Assembly: GCA_010093705.1 (NCBI GenBank)
Contig: MU006106.1
Coordinates: 585,086 to 620,871 of the forward strand
DNA from: Patellaria atrata CBS 101060
Lineage: Eukaryota
Length of the DNA stretch: 35,786 nucleotides
Direction of reading: 5' to 3'
How positions within the stretch are numbered: position 1 is the stretch's first letter; each line of letters opens with the position of its first letter. Shown here piece after piece: positions 13,309 through 25,558 of this stretch. Below the pieces are notes generated by a model. The model was not told the origin of the DNA, made no database searches, and saw only the letters and a list, made by a program, of their open reading frames with translations. The translations under genes and the position numbers were made by a program.

Positions 13309-13904
13309 GATGGGCGTCGAGGGCCTGAATCCAAAGAGTAGTACTAAAAGTACTGAGAAAGAGAATCACGTATTAGCAGGCTCGCTCCTCAATCCACTAT
13401 TATCAGACAAAGCATTAAGACCAAATCGCGATAGGTAAGGAGGAGCAGAGCGCTCGAAAGGCAGAATTGAGACATGCGCAGCGAATCTGCACTCAATAGA
13501 GCGCAAAGCATGAATGAGCAGCATTTTCTTTTTGACCCCTTCACAGGTGGGACTGTCTGGTCCAATTACTCTTGCGGTACGATATAAACAGTTGTAGGTG
13601 TAGGTAATAAGCAAGAGAGTGGAGGTAAGTAGATGCGTTGGAGTACTCACAATTCTTAGGATTTCGGTGGTCAGGATGAGAAATACGTACAGACGGTCCC
13701 TCGCCGAACCACATTGGATGTCGTGGTTTCACGCCAAGAATGTCACGTGAATATCCCAATTCTCGAAAGGGGCTCAAGAGTCAGGGGTCCAAGACTTAAT
13801 TCATCGATATTCATAATACATTAAACATATAATCCCGTGGAATTACGAAGTATAGATATCGTGCCGTACCTAATAACAACGATGACAGCAACTCATGTCC
13901 TAAG

Positions 13905-15138
13905 CTACCATCTCTTGGGTGCGCTGATAATAGAGCGTGAGAAAGAAACACTTGCTCTATCTCCCTCACGTGCCTTTGATCGTTGTTTTGCTGTTATGCC
14001 AGTCCTGTCTGTGACAGGTGTAGCATGAATGATTTGATCAAATTCTTCGTCTAGACCAATATCTGAGCCGGACTCTGCGTCTGAATCTTCTTTGACCGGT
14101 GGTGGTTCTATTCGTGCTATCCGTTCCGGTGGCTTTCTATCACCAGAGTCTTCAGGATTCGAGAAAGGTTTTGAGAGTAGTACTTTTCTTCGTAGTTCTG
14201 CCATCTCCTCTTCATCGTCATCTTCATCTTCCGGTAGGAGGTACGGATCGTGACTTGGTCCATCCTCGCCCTCGCTCTCTTCATCTCCATCTTCATGATC
14301 ACTATCTTCATCCGATACATCAATTGGTCTCCTGTTCATGTTTCCGCCACTCCATCCGTCATGCTCAGTAGTAGCGTCACGTTCTGCCCTGCTATCAGAG
14401 TACTCCTTCTCGATCTTTTCCAACCACAACTCCTCTGCCTTTTTGACCTCGTCCTCAGATGCGCATGCAGCATATCGTTTGAGGAGTGCTGAATTGATAT
14501 CTAGGAAAGCTTCCCCGTAGGAAAATGATGACAGTACATCTTCCGCCCAATCTTGATGCCCGCAAATGTAGAATGTGGCCGCTAGAGCTTCAACACAGTT
14601 GAGTCGCCAGGGTCGCCCATAGTTCGTCTGGTTCGCTGCCACAAGATACGGTACTATGTATGAATCAGTTCTTATCATTCTCCGTATACAAGAAGGTGAG
14701 CGTACAAAGCCTTTCACATTTGCCGCCGATCCTGGCGAATGGCACTTCTTCAAGGCGTTTCCATGAGCATTCGACAACAGCAGCTCCAAACTGATCTAGC
14801 AACTCTTTGTCTGCCGGAGATAGGACCTTCTTCCCTTTCGGCCTAATGGAACGTTAGTATCATCCTTACTTTGAATACTAACCTTCATCTACTTACGAGA
14901 TTACAACACCAGCAAACTTTTGCCCAACGTGAAGCTCGCGCATTAATCCCAGTCTCATCAGTCTCTTTCCAGAGCAACGTTTCGCATCACAATGACCCAG
15001 GTCCCAACATGCAGCTTTGTATTCGGGTCTCCGCTGGCGTTGGCTATTCTCATCATCACGGGGAGCACCACGAGCTCGTGGTGGGTTTTGGTACTTTCTA
15101 CCACGAGAGGAGAAATTGTCTTTCTTATGACGGACCAT
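13905..15138 (-). CDS. TSR3: 18S rRNA aminocarboxypropyltransferase Tsr3; exons 15138-14897, 14842-14706, 14653-13905
   Basis: [65 protein letters not shown]; two canonical introns (54 and 52 nt); acidic C-terminus. Confidence 0.93.
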
Positions 15139-15441
15139 CTTGATGCTTAGCTAGAATTGTGTGCGTCAATTGTTTGAGGTTGAAAATATTATATTGATCA
15201 GAAACTAGAATTTGAGAATGGAAATGATCCAGCTTTCTGCCTTGAGACGTCAGCGATGATCTTTTGCCCGCGAGTCAGTGATTAAACAATAACCCCCGCC
15301 AAACTCTACGGTTGGTTGGCACACAATCTCGACAGCTCGTTTTGAGGTTCTGCTCCTCGTCCGACCCTCAGAATTTCTAGAAAACATATAGACATCTCCT
15401 CTTCTCTCGAGTAATCCAGAAACTCCAAATAACCTTCCACT

Positions 15442-18097
15442 ATGGAGGCTACTTCAGCGCGAATGGCCGCAAGGGATCGCTTCGGAGCATTCGGCGAGCC
15501 TCCAACGACTCCTTTACAGAGATATATACGTGGGTGATCCGAATATAGCAAATACCAGTGGTACCAGACAGTAGCAGCTAATAAATAGAATATGTAGTTA
15601 ATGCTTGCGATCCCCAAAATTTCGAACCCAACCTAGCCCTAAATCTCGAGATCGCGGATATGATAAATGCTAAGAAAGGCTCAACGTGAGCAGAGATGTA
15701 ACCCAGGAATTTCTAGAATGGTATAATAATGGATATACAGACCACGAGAAGCTGCTGTGGCCATAGTGAACTATGTCAACCACCGGAATCAGAATGTCTC
15801 CCTTCTCGCGCTAAATGTATGCAATCGACACTGCAGGCCCATGTCAATAGGAGACTAATACTTGAATAGTTGTTGGACATATGCGTCAAGAATTGTGGCT
15901 ACGCCTTTCATCTACAAATAAGTACAAAGGAGTTCCTCAATGAGCTAGTTCGAAGGTTTCCTGAGAGACCGCCAATGCACCCATCGCGAGCTCAAAACAA
16001 GATTTTAGAACTCATTGAAGAATGGCGGCAGACGATATGTCAAACCTCAAGATATAAAGAAGACCTGGGCTTTATAAGGGACATGCATCGACTGCTGAGT
16101 TACAAGGGATATGTATTCCCTGAGGTTCGAAGAGAAGATGCTGCAGTTCTCAATCCAAGCGAGGTATGATGCATGATTGAGCGCTGGAGATGATCGGGTA
16201 AGACTAATTTATTTCCAGAACCTCCGATCTGCGGAAGAGATGGAAGAGGAGGAACGGGAGGCGCAGTCGGCTAAGTTACAAGAGCTTATTCGAAGAGGGA
16301 CACCGCACGATTTACAGGAAGCAAATAAGTTAATGAAAATAATGGCCGGGTATGATACTCGACATAAGACAGACTATCGGGCCAAAGCAGCGGAGGAGGT
16401 GGGCAAGATACAGCAGAAAGCTAAGCTTTTAGAAGAGATGCTACAAGGTCATAAGCCGGGGGACGAAGTTAAGGAGGGTGATGTTTATGAGGTGAGTTCA
16501 CGCCCCCTGATATTATGGGAGATATGGGAATTTCTAAACTATTACCTAGGAACTGGCAAACGCATTAGCTAGCGCGCAACCAAAGATTCAAAAGATGTGT
16601 GAAGAAGAATCCGACGACCACGAAGCAGTCGCAAAACTATTTGAAATTAATGATAGTATCCATCGGACAATAGAGAGGTATAAGCTCATAAAGAAAGGGG
16701 ACCTCGAGGGTGCGTCTAAGATCCCGAAAGGCACCTTAGGAACCAGCGGGGCAGGGGTCTCAAAAGGTCCGGACAATGAATTGTCATTGATTGATTTTGG
16801 TGGGCCCGAAGACCTGATGTCTAGCGGAACAAGTGCCCCCTCAAATGGCCCACCTCCTGGGTCAGCGTCAAAAGGCAAGGGCAATGCACTTGAGGATGAT
16901 CTACTTGGACTCTCTATTGGGGAAAGTTTGCCTGTACCCGGGACAGGTATATCACTGGGCTCTACAACAACGTCCACGTCTCGAATCCAACAGCCATCAG
17001 CCGACATATTCAGCCAGACAGCCGCCCAGAAACCACAGCAACCGAAACCCAACTATGACCCCTTTGGCTCCATATCATCACCTCAGCCTCCAGTTCAACC
17101 CCTGAACGTACCTTTCACTTCCTCACGGCCGAATCAACAGCAACATACAACATCTGCAGACCCTTTCGCACGGATGGCTCTCACATCACCCACCCCCCGT
17201 CAGAGCTCACCCTTTCAATTCCAGTCCTCTATCAAGCCCTCTCCTTCACCAACTCCGGCTCTAGCATCGTCATCTCTTCTCAACCTCGCACCTTCAGGAT
17301 CTAGTGCCCTAATACCGCAATCAAATTCTTTAAACAATGGTTCTCAGCCAGCTTCTTCCGCCCAGGATGACGAATGGACTTTCTCCTCTGCCCTTCCAGA
17401 ACAATCGTCGATCGTTGTCCTCGATTCCGCAATCAAAACCTTCTTTGATGTAGTCCGTGAAAACGATACTACACTACAAATCACGTCACGAACCTCTAAT
17501 AACACTGTTCAGCCAGTTAGTGAGGTCATATTCCAGCTCGCAGTTACCAAGGTAAGTGTCTGATTTTGAACGGCGCTACTGCAATCCGAGGTTCTGTTGA
17601 AAATGGTTCCTGAGTGTGGCTTCATGCCTGCTTAACCAGTTCAACTATGCCTTGAGTGAGATAGCATCGTTCAAGGTCACTCTTGTTTCCCCCTAAAGTA
17701 ACAACTTTCCCACCCGACGAGGTCTTTTCCCCTTCAAGAGTTGGCATCTCCCAACCAATGGGACTTGAGAATATTGGACTCAGTTTGGTACCCTAAGGTC
17801 AAGATGCCAATCCTCGCAGGGGCCAACATCTCATCCCAAGGGAAAGGAGGAAAATTCGTCAGTTTATCTCATCCGCACAACCACTAACGCAACCAGGGCT
17901 ACCAATTAGCGCTCAACCCGCAATCGTCTCGATCCTTAACACCCAACCAGGCGAACGGCATCACGCAATCGATAAAACTGCACGGCGTGGAGCGGGGCAA
18001 GGGCACTGGCGTCAAGATGCGCTGGAAAGCGTCGTACACGGTCGGCGGCGAGCGGAAAGAGGAACAAGGCGAGATTCCTGGGTTGGGGGTGTCGTGA
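15442..18097 (+). CDS. GGA2: GGA clathrin adaptor (VHS-GAT-hinge-GAE); exons 15442-15529, 15598-15685, 15741-15816, 15870-16163, 16219-16491, 16550-17551, 17897-18097
   Basis: VHS: ACDPQNFEPNLALNLEIADMIN, LLDICVKNCGYAFHLQISTKEFLNELVRRFPE. GAT: QSAKLQELIRRGTPHDLQEANKLMKIMAG. Clathrin-box-like SLIDF. GAE: FQLAVTK|GYQLALNPQS...KMRWKASY. Six GT-AG introns keep the frame. Confidence 0.92.
17552..17896 (+). other. Unusually long (345 nt), self-complementary last intron of GGA; candidate intronic structured RNA
   Basis: GTAAGT donor, ACTAAC branch, CAG acceptor; several inverted-repeat pairs, e.g. TTGGCATCT 17741-17749 with AGATGCCAA 17802-17810. Confidence 0.45.
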
Positions 18098-18971
18098 TTG
18101 TAGTACCGTTTTGCATACCACGCATAGTACAATACTGACGTCTGGTTACTGTCCTCATGCGTGCAATCGACGCGGATGTGTGGATGGCGGAATATCTGAT
18201 TCGTGATGTACTTGGTTACAGACGCTATCGGTGGTATGCGGAGGGTGATGTAAAATTGACGTATCCTGAGATAGCGTTCGCCTTCAGAACAAGCTACTGA
18301 GCGGAAGTTTTTAGAGGAATCGTTCGAGGGAAATATACGAGATGGCGAAACACTGCGCGCAGAGGACTAAATAGAGAAAAGCTTATACCCCCAATCCTGA
18401 TTTTAGACTCGCGTTAAATGCGTAGAGGAAGCAAATCAAAGTTCTCAGAGCAACGCTTGGTGGCAAACTGCAGTAGCATATTCACTTCGACGAGGAGCTG
18501 GTGTGATACCAATCCCTCATCTCACGAGTGAAGGTATCATATTCATATTCATCCATTACTGACAGCTGACTACAACCGCTGTTGTATTCTACCCCTTCCA
18601 GACGCTAAAATAGCCCTCTCACAGTCCCAAGCGTCCATCATGATGATAGCCATCCCCCTTCTCAGATGGTCTTCTGAGCCAGGATGCATAACCTATATTT
18701 ACAGAAAGTCGTATGTGTGATTTGTACCTGAAACCTTAAGGAAGTCCCATGCACGAATGATACCCAAAATCCATAGCCCTCCAAGATATCCGTATATATG
18801 TGTAGACATGCAACCTCTATTCATGCAGAAGAAGGAAAGTGAAAACAGAGCAGGGGACCTATTTATACATCGCTGGGGGAAGGGATACCCATGGAATACC
18901 GGAATGTGTAATTACCTAACGGACGTTAGAGGGTGCTGAGACGAGGTGGGATCAGAGGAGCTCGTGGCTGT

Positions 18972-21463
18972 TCAGCGGGTGATGATGAGCCCGAAGCCGT
19001 CGAGCCATGGGCCACAGGACCCATATACCCCTGCGAGGGTATAACCACGAGGGGGGATGAGCATGTATCTGTCATTCGAGTTAAAACTTGACGCTTACGG
19101 AACTGAGGAATTGGAAGCTGGTACATACCCATTGCCACCGGCAGCATTGCCGTAGATCTCACTCTTATTCCCAAGGCTCGTATGGATCTGAATACCGTCG
19201 ATCCAGAACCCAGCCCTCACGTAGAAACCTAATAGGAGTTCTCCTCGTCGCGTATCCAGAGTGAATTCTGATCCATTAGGTTTGCCACCTCGCTTGCCAA
19301 ATAGCTGGCTGGTTCCATCCTCATAATAGAATTCGATGCCGTCGATAGACATTCCGTGATACACCCGAATGGATATCATGAGTTTTGTGAATATCATAGC
19401 TGACTCAAGAACCACTTCTTCAGGTCTAGAGCCTTGCATTTGAGAAGCTCCACGTTTACTTCCACGGAAACCCATTCTGCCATCGGGAAGTTTAAGCCGA
19501 GTGTTCTTCGACACTAGGGAACTAAAGTCTTCAATCGTATGCTTAGCTCCACTAGGTCCGTGAATCTCTACCTTCAGCTTTTTCTTTTGCATTTTCTCGG
19601 GCAGTCTACCTCGCAGATCCGACTCATTAAGCGTGACCTGTTGTGGTAGGGCCGAGTTCTCGGTGTTCAAATATTCAATCCAACTGCGGCAGAACTCGTC
19701 ACCTTCAGCAAACAACTCGGCAAAAGCGACACCACTCTTGGATGTCACCACGACCTCGTTGTTCGCTACACTCCATACCTGAAGACCATCATCAAATTCC
19801 GAGAACGGATCAATCGCTATGCGGAAACAGGGGTGGAAACGAAACCGAAGGCAGTCCAAACGATGCCAGGTACACTCGTCTGCCATAAGGCACAGTCGTT
19901 GGCCAGGTGTATTGGTGCGAGTGGAAAATGGTTCTCGACAGGTGAAAGTCCGATTAAATCGAACATAGTCTCTCAGCATGACCCCATTTTCTTGATGACC
20001 ACAGCCAAATAGATGACCTGTTTCGTGCAGATGCGCACCAATCCCAATGTTTGCAGCTTCCCAGTTGCTACCGGACTCGCTACAATCGTTAGCCACATGT
20101 TTGGTATCTGTTCTGGTACAATCACTAAATGCTGGCACCACCTCTTCAATGCTGGCAGGATAGCTTTGCAGTGCATGTGATCCAAAGATCGCTAATTTCA
20201 CTTGTCCGTCTCCTCCACCAAGAGCTGCATGTCCTCGAATGGTCTTGACCTTCGGATCCCAGTGAGAATCTAGAAACATGCAGGAGACGTAGTGGACCTG
20301 GTTAGGTTCAGGTCTGAAGTGTTGTTTCACGGCTTCCATAGCGATACCGAATAAATCGCCCTTTTTCTTCGCAGGTCCGTACTGCTGAGCAATTTCAAGG
20401 TCCCGAATCTCAGCTACAGTTTTTTCGCTTCTGATTATATGGATCTTAGCTTCGTTCCGTAGTGTCTTCGTTTGTGTATCATGGTACGTAAGTGTTCCCT
20501 GTTGCCACTCTTCATCGTACCGAAAGCACCTTCTTCCAAAATTATTCCGGTTCATCTGTTCACCAGTGAACGCCTGCCATAGATATGCAGCCATCCGAAA
20601 TTTGCGAATTGCGGTCTCCAATCCATTGCCTTCTCTTTGTATCCTTTCTGGTACCGCATCGTAGGTACCGGGGGAGTCCTTGGCTAAGATGATAGCGAGG
20701 TGTAGTGGAGGTACATTATTCAGAGGTAGGTAGTTGATATGGGTCCACGAAGAATGAGGATTGTGTGGTGTGTGTTTAGGAGAGACGAAGTCCAGTTTAA
20801 TGGTATTAGGTCCTGGTTGAAGGTAGACAAGAGCTTTAAAGTGAGAGTCGCAAACGGGCCACGTAGTTGGTGGGAAGCTATCCTGGTGATGGTATATGGT
20901 AATGGAACCATCGATTTGTTTCTGCATAGGATCTCCGCACTGGCCATATATGAGGAGGATCTTTTGGTTTACCTGTAGAGTACGGTCAAATTAATATTTT
21001 CTACCTCGACTTTCGTTTTCTCTTACCCATGACTTTTCCGAAATAGACAGTACTTGTGGCGCTAGCGGAGAAGTTGCAGAGAATACACGCTCGGGCGATC
21101 CAGTGCCCCGGGGAGATATGAGGTTACCCTAAGTGGAAAATCTTGCGTTAGCGAGAATAGGATGACGGCATATGGTATACGTACGGTTAGGCTGTATCGC
21201 TTAGTATTAACGTTTGGACGCTGAGGTACTGGTGGAGGAATGGTAGGCGCGGCTTTTATGTTCGTGGAAGAATTCGACGAAGGAATGGTACTTGTGGGAG
21301 TTGAGGATGCCATGGCGGAGTTAAGAGTGGACGTTGATTTACTGCGAGGAATTCCCTCTGGTGCTTCGTTGGAGGAGCCATCTGAGGGTTCTGAGGACGA
21401 TTTATCACTACCGCGGAAACTGAGTTTCGAACGTCGCTTCAAATCCTTCAAAAAGGAAGGCAT
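18972..21463 (-). CDS. Putative zinc metallopeptidase with C-terminal jacalin-like lectin domain (YIL108W-like); exons 21463-21185, 21128-21027, 20972-19129, 19068-18972
   Basis: Metzincin-type HExxHxxGxxH (HLHETGHLFGCGH) followed by a Met-turn-like GVM; AAYLWQAFTGEQM, HAALGGG; jacalin-like IDGIEFYY...FGKRGG...GFYVRAGFWIDGIQ...GSCGPWLDGFGLII; three canonical introns. Confidence 0.88.
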
Positions 21464-21835
21464 AATCGAAAATACCAGACCAGTCGTGGCCGAAGGCGCG
21501 GGATTAGAATGGGAGTGCAATGAGCTTCTGGGAATTGAGAACGACGGAGGAGCGCTAAGTCGAAAGAGAAGACGCGTAATTCCCGATAGAATATACCGCA
21601 ACTGCTAAAGGGTGAAAACTTGTCGACGTGCTCCAGAATTGAGATATTGTTGTTGCGCAGTGGAAGCAGTCGTTTCAACAACCGTGGAATGTAGTTTGAC
21701 TCTAGAAAAAGACAAGAGCAAAGAAGCGAATGACGAAGTTGGAGCAGAGCAGTCAAGCTTGCCCGAAAGTGAAACTAGAAGTGCAGCTAAAGAAAAATGA
21801 GAATGGTAAGGTACTCGCAGGTCAGATGTCGGGTG

Positions 21836-21938
21836 GACGTTGCCGCGTGTGGTGGGTTGTTGTTGACGTTTGCTCCGAAGGTTGAAGCTGTCTCGGCCCG
21901 GACGTCAGAGGCAGTCAAGCTCCCGCACTGTCACGTCA
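21836..21938. promoter_or_regulatory. Cluster of CRE/ATF-like TGACGT half-sites upstream of the metallopeptidase gene
   Basis: TGACGT 21864-21869, ACGTCA 21902-21907 and 21933-21938, GACGT 21836-21840. Motif match only. Confidence 0.3.
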
Positions 21939-22841
21939 ATTGTCAAGATCTAATTTGAACGTTGACAGGAGAGATGTTGTCTCAATTAGAAAGCTATCAA
22001 GAAAAGAGTGTCCTCACGAACCCCAAAATTTTTGCTACAGTGCGTAACGGGATCACGGCAACCGATCTTCTCATCTGTATGATTTCGCGTCCTGGTTATC
22101 AATGCGTATCTAAAATGAGCATAATTGCCGCCGGAACTACAAGGATGATGACAAGACGAGAATGGGTGAAACTTACTGGTATCGGTAATATTGCATTTCA
22201 TTCTCGCTATCAATTGAGAGAAATACAATATTCAATATTTAAGTCTTTCCTTCTACAAGGAACCGGTCCATCTAATAAGTTAAGTAGATCCATAGGACCT
22301 TCATAGTGGGATGAAAGGAAGTTAAGCTAACCTAAGCCCGAGCTACTTTCGTACTTGTATGTTTTAGTTTCGTTTCGTATTGTTTTGTAACAACGGTAAG
22401 GTATGGGTGGTTACGGTACCTTATAAACGATAACTCTATACCCGTTTTGATTAGCATTTGCCCTTGGCAACCACTTCCGTCGTGCTTTCCTTGAAAGGGC
22501 TTGTTTAAACAACCCCCAACCTCCTCAGATTCTTTCCTCTAAGGACGCTCAAAGCACGTCCCCAATTTCAATTAACGTCATTTTTCCAAGGCCACAGTTT
22601 AGGCTAGTCGAAAGAGGACAGCTAATCTTGTAAGGCCGAAGGCTTTCAATCCTGCATCGTCGATCTGTTTTCCGGAAGGGATTCACTGATCATTCAACTT
22701 CAAGTCCTCAACTGTCTCACTCTCCAATACGAAAGTTGAACTATCTTTTAGAATATCTGGCCTCAAATCACCGTCCTAAACATCACTCGAATTATATTCT
22801 TGTTGTAATCGGTCTCAAGAGTTTTCTGGGCCATCCCTTCC

Positions 22842-24072
22842 ATGGCGTCCTCCGTCGACAGGGTGGATCAGCCCGCTGAAGTCGCATCAAAGGTGTTAAG
22901 GAGAGCTCAAGTCTCAAAGGTCGAATCCCACCAACCGGAAAGACAACATATAGACATCCTAAGCTAACATTAAAGGATAGATGACCAGAGCATTACAAAA
23001 CCGACTAGCCCTCGCCAATGTCAAAATACAGCATGGATGGCAAAATCTGAGCATTGATACTCTCGAACCGAAGCTTGAGTTTGAACTCACCAAGAGGAAA
23101 CGTCCTGGTTCAAGCAAATCTATATCAGAAACATCTTCGAGTATATCTGATCGGTATTATCCCCAGGGGTTGCTTGATTCCTCTCCCCTCGCAGCTCCTA
23201 TCTTCTCGGACGACATCGGATCAAGGGAGGGTTTCGGTCAGTTGAAGAGAGTAAAATATACTCGGCCCCAAAGACGTCCAGTGTCAAGTTCGCATGCTCG
23301 AACGAAAGTCAGGACTTCTACAACCACTGCTACCTCATGGAAGAGTAATTATCGTCTTCCGGAATCATCTCCGGTTGCTCATCGGCGTAGTGCGCACTTT
23401 AACTCCTCGCATGTCCCAACATTGTCATTTGTGTCTGAGACTTCGACAATTCCAGACGATCCGTTATCGCCTTCGCTTTCCGAAGAGGATGATACGGATC
23501 TCCCACTTCATTCCTTCCAAGTATCCTCACAGATCCGATCTTCGCCACCACCCTCAATGCCCCGGACTCCGCCACCTGGGCTCGCTCGTTCTGCGAGACT
23601 TCGTAACAAAGCATTCAATGCAAATGGACAGACTACGAGAGCGGGCGAGGAAGGAGCCGACCTTCTAATGTTTCTAGCTACATCTCCTTCTCGAGGAACT
23701 GCTAAAGGACACGATGCTCCACCGTCGACCCCGCCACCGAAGTCGACTCCGCTGCCATCATCAATGATGTCCACTCCTGGAGGAGGTGGGGCTCCATTCC
23801 CAGGTTTTGGCCTCAGTACACCAGGCACCGCTTTCAACTTCACCGATTATCTACATCTCACCCCAAGCCCAGGTCAAATGGCTGCTCCATGGACTCGTAC
23901 TCCTGTCACTGCTAAGACACCACTGGCAGCTAGAGAGGCGAGGAGACGACTAAACTTTGACGGCTTACTACCTCCTACGAGTGGAAGCCCCAAGGTTGGT
24001 ACACTCGAGAGATCACAGTCTAACAAAGGAACCGGTTTAGGAATGGAGCTCGGTGGGGAGTTAGTCTCTTGA
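22842..24072 (+). CDS. Whi5/Nrm1-like domain protein (G1/S transcriptional repressor family); exons 22842-22919, 22981-24072
   Basis: Whi5 (GTB) motif LQNRLALANVKIQHGWQNLSIDTLE; many SP/TP CDK-type sites; EEGADLLMFLATSPS. Exon 1 is in frame via an intron with a weak GTCGAA donor, GCTAAC branch and TAG acceptor. Confidence 0.78.
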
Positions 24073-24780
24073 TCGTAGCATACATGCCCAGTCCTTCGAA
24101 TGGCTCCGAGTGGGTTCACGACGGTCATGAGTTATGAATTGCCATGATAACATTACTTCTCTGCATCTTCAGCCACATAATATGCGATGGCTTGGACACT
24201 TCCAGCATATACGTCTGTTCTTACTAATGGCAACTCTATTGAGATGTTGTTCCTGTGGAACACACATTATCTTTCTTCTCCCTTCTATTCTAATGCCTAG
24301 TACTGTGTACTATTTCAAGCGAAACACATCGATTGCATTCGGGGTTCAGTTTTGCTCGCGTTGCGCATGACATTGAGTTTACAGGCGAAGTGCCTTTCTC
24401 GATTTTAATCCTATCGCCTCGTCCATCGTGGTTTCCGACAGGATGGCATAATCAGATGTAGATAGCAATGAACGTAGCGACAGCAAAAGTACACAAGATG
24501 TTCCCTTATATTGAGTCCCATTTATGTCTGAAAACCCACTACATAATCAAGATACATGAAAGTGCAAAATTTTGCATCTCTCCACGCCGGCGAATAATGC
24601 ATCCATTACGCTCACACCTCAAACAAGGTAGATCAATTACTTAAATTCTAATCCGAAAATCTGAGAAAGTAATGTAAGAGTCATCCAAGACCTAACCCCT
24701 CATCCCAACTCTACGGTGGAACAAAAGTGAGGGGAACTCGATAGGATCTAAGGACCAATTGCTTTCGTTACTTAGGGTGG

Positions 24781-24821
24781 ACGAGTCACGACGCGCCTGA
24801 CGCGTTCCCTGTTCTACGCGC
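24781..24821. promoter_or_regulatory. MCB-like (ACGCG) motif cluster
   Basis: ACGCGC 24791, ACGCGT 24800 and ACGCGC 24816 within about 30 bp; no adjacent annotated 5' end. Confidence 0.35.
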
Positions 24822-25558
24822 CCGACTGGGTCTTGGCTACAGGGGTAAGGTAAGGGGCTACGTAATACTAGTGCGTTTGTTACGGTTTTGTATTCTTTTT
24901 CATTTCAATGAGGGTTTCAATACGGTATCCTGAGGTGAGGACTAAGATAAACCCGATCACGTGCCGGCATGACAGGAAAGTGTAAGGCGGAAGCGTCAGA
25001 GGAGGTACCCTGTTAAGGTCTGAGGTGTGCTGGATGAGAGTCGGGAATAAATAGAGTAGAAGAGTGTAGCTCACGGTTGGGATATCCAGTTCAATCGCTC
25101 AGGCACTGTAGAGTTCCAGCGTCCGACTCCTGACACAGATGAGTATGGATGTTATCGATATCGATATTGATTTTGAACTGTTGCGATTGCATTTCGACAT
25201 CTAAATCTGAAATTTGAGCTTTCACGCTCTCACTGCGTGCACGAACGGGTCTACCAGACCTTTCGCCTATTCCTTCTCCGTGGAATGGGAGAAACCACAT
25301 GATTCCGTTATGCGTGACACCGTATCGCACCATGCTGCGCCGTAACTCCTTACGCTATTCAGAGAACCCGCACACTAGATATTGAAAAGAGGTATTTCAA
25401 CCGCCAACTCGCCTTCGCTGCGCGAATAGCTTGGAACGCCAAATCACATGTGCATGAACACGAACTAGAGCGAATATTGCTCAAAGAAGTAGAATCATAT
25501 GAATGAAAATAAGAAGTTGTGCAAGAAGTGAGATAGAGAAGTTGAGAAATTTACGAGT

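Noticed and set aside
17552..17696. TPP riboswitch, stwintron or internal acceptor (CTTAACCAG at 17631-17639) in the GGA intron
   Set aside because: TPP aptamer core motifs are absent; removing the internal part creates no usable donor; branch-to-AG spacing is too short and the site lies in a stem.
18640..18677. C box ATGATGA and D box CTGA suggesting a C/D snoRNA
   Set aside because: Only about 27 nt between the boxes, too short, with no C'/D' boxes.
24690..24860. Telomere-like words (CCTAACCCC, TTAGGGT) as a telomerase RNA template
   Set aside because: No 1.5-repeat template such as TAACCCTAA, and the interval looks short for a Pezizomycotina telomerase RNA.
25063..25107. A-box/B-box-like words (TAGCTCACGGTTGG ... 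GTTCAATCG)
   Set aside because: Spacing is far too short and there is no cloverleaf.
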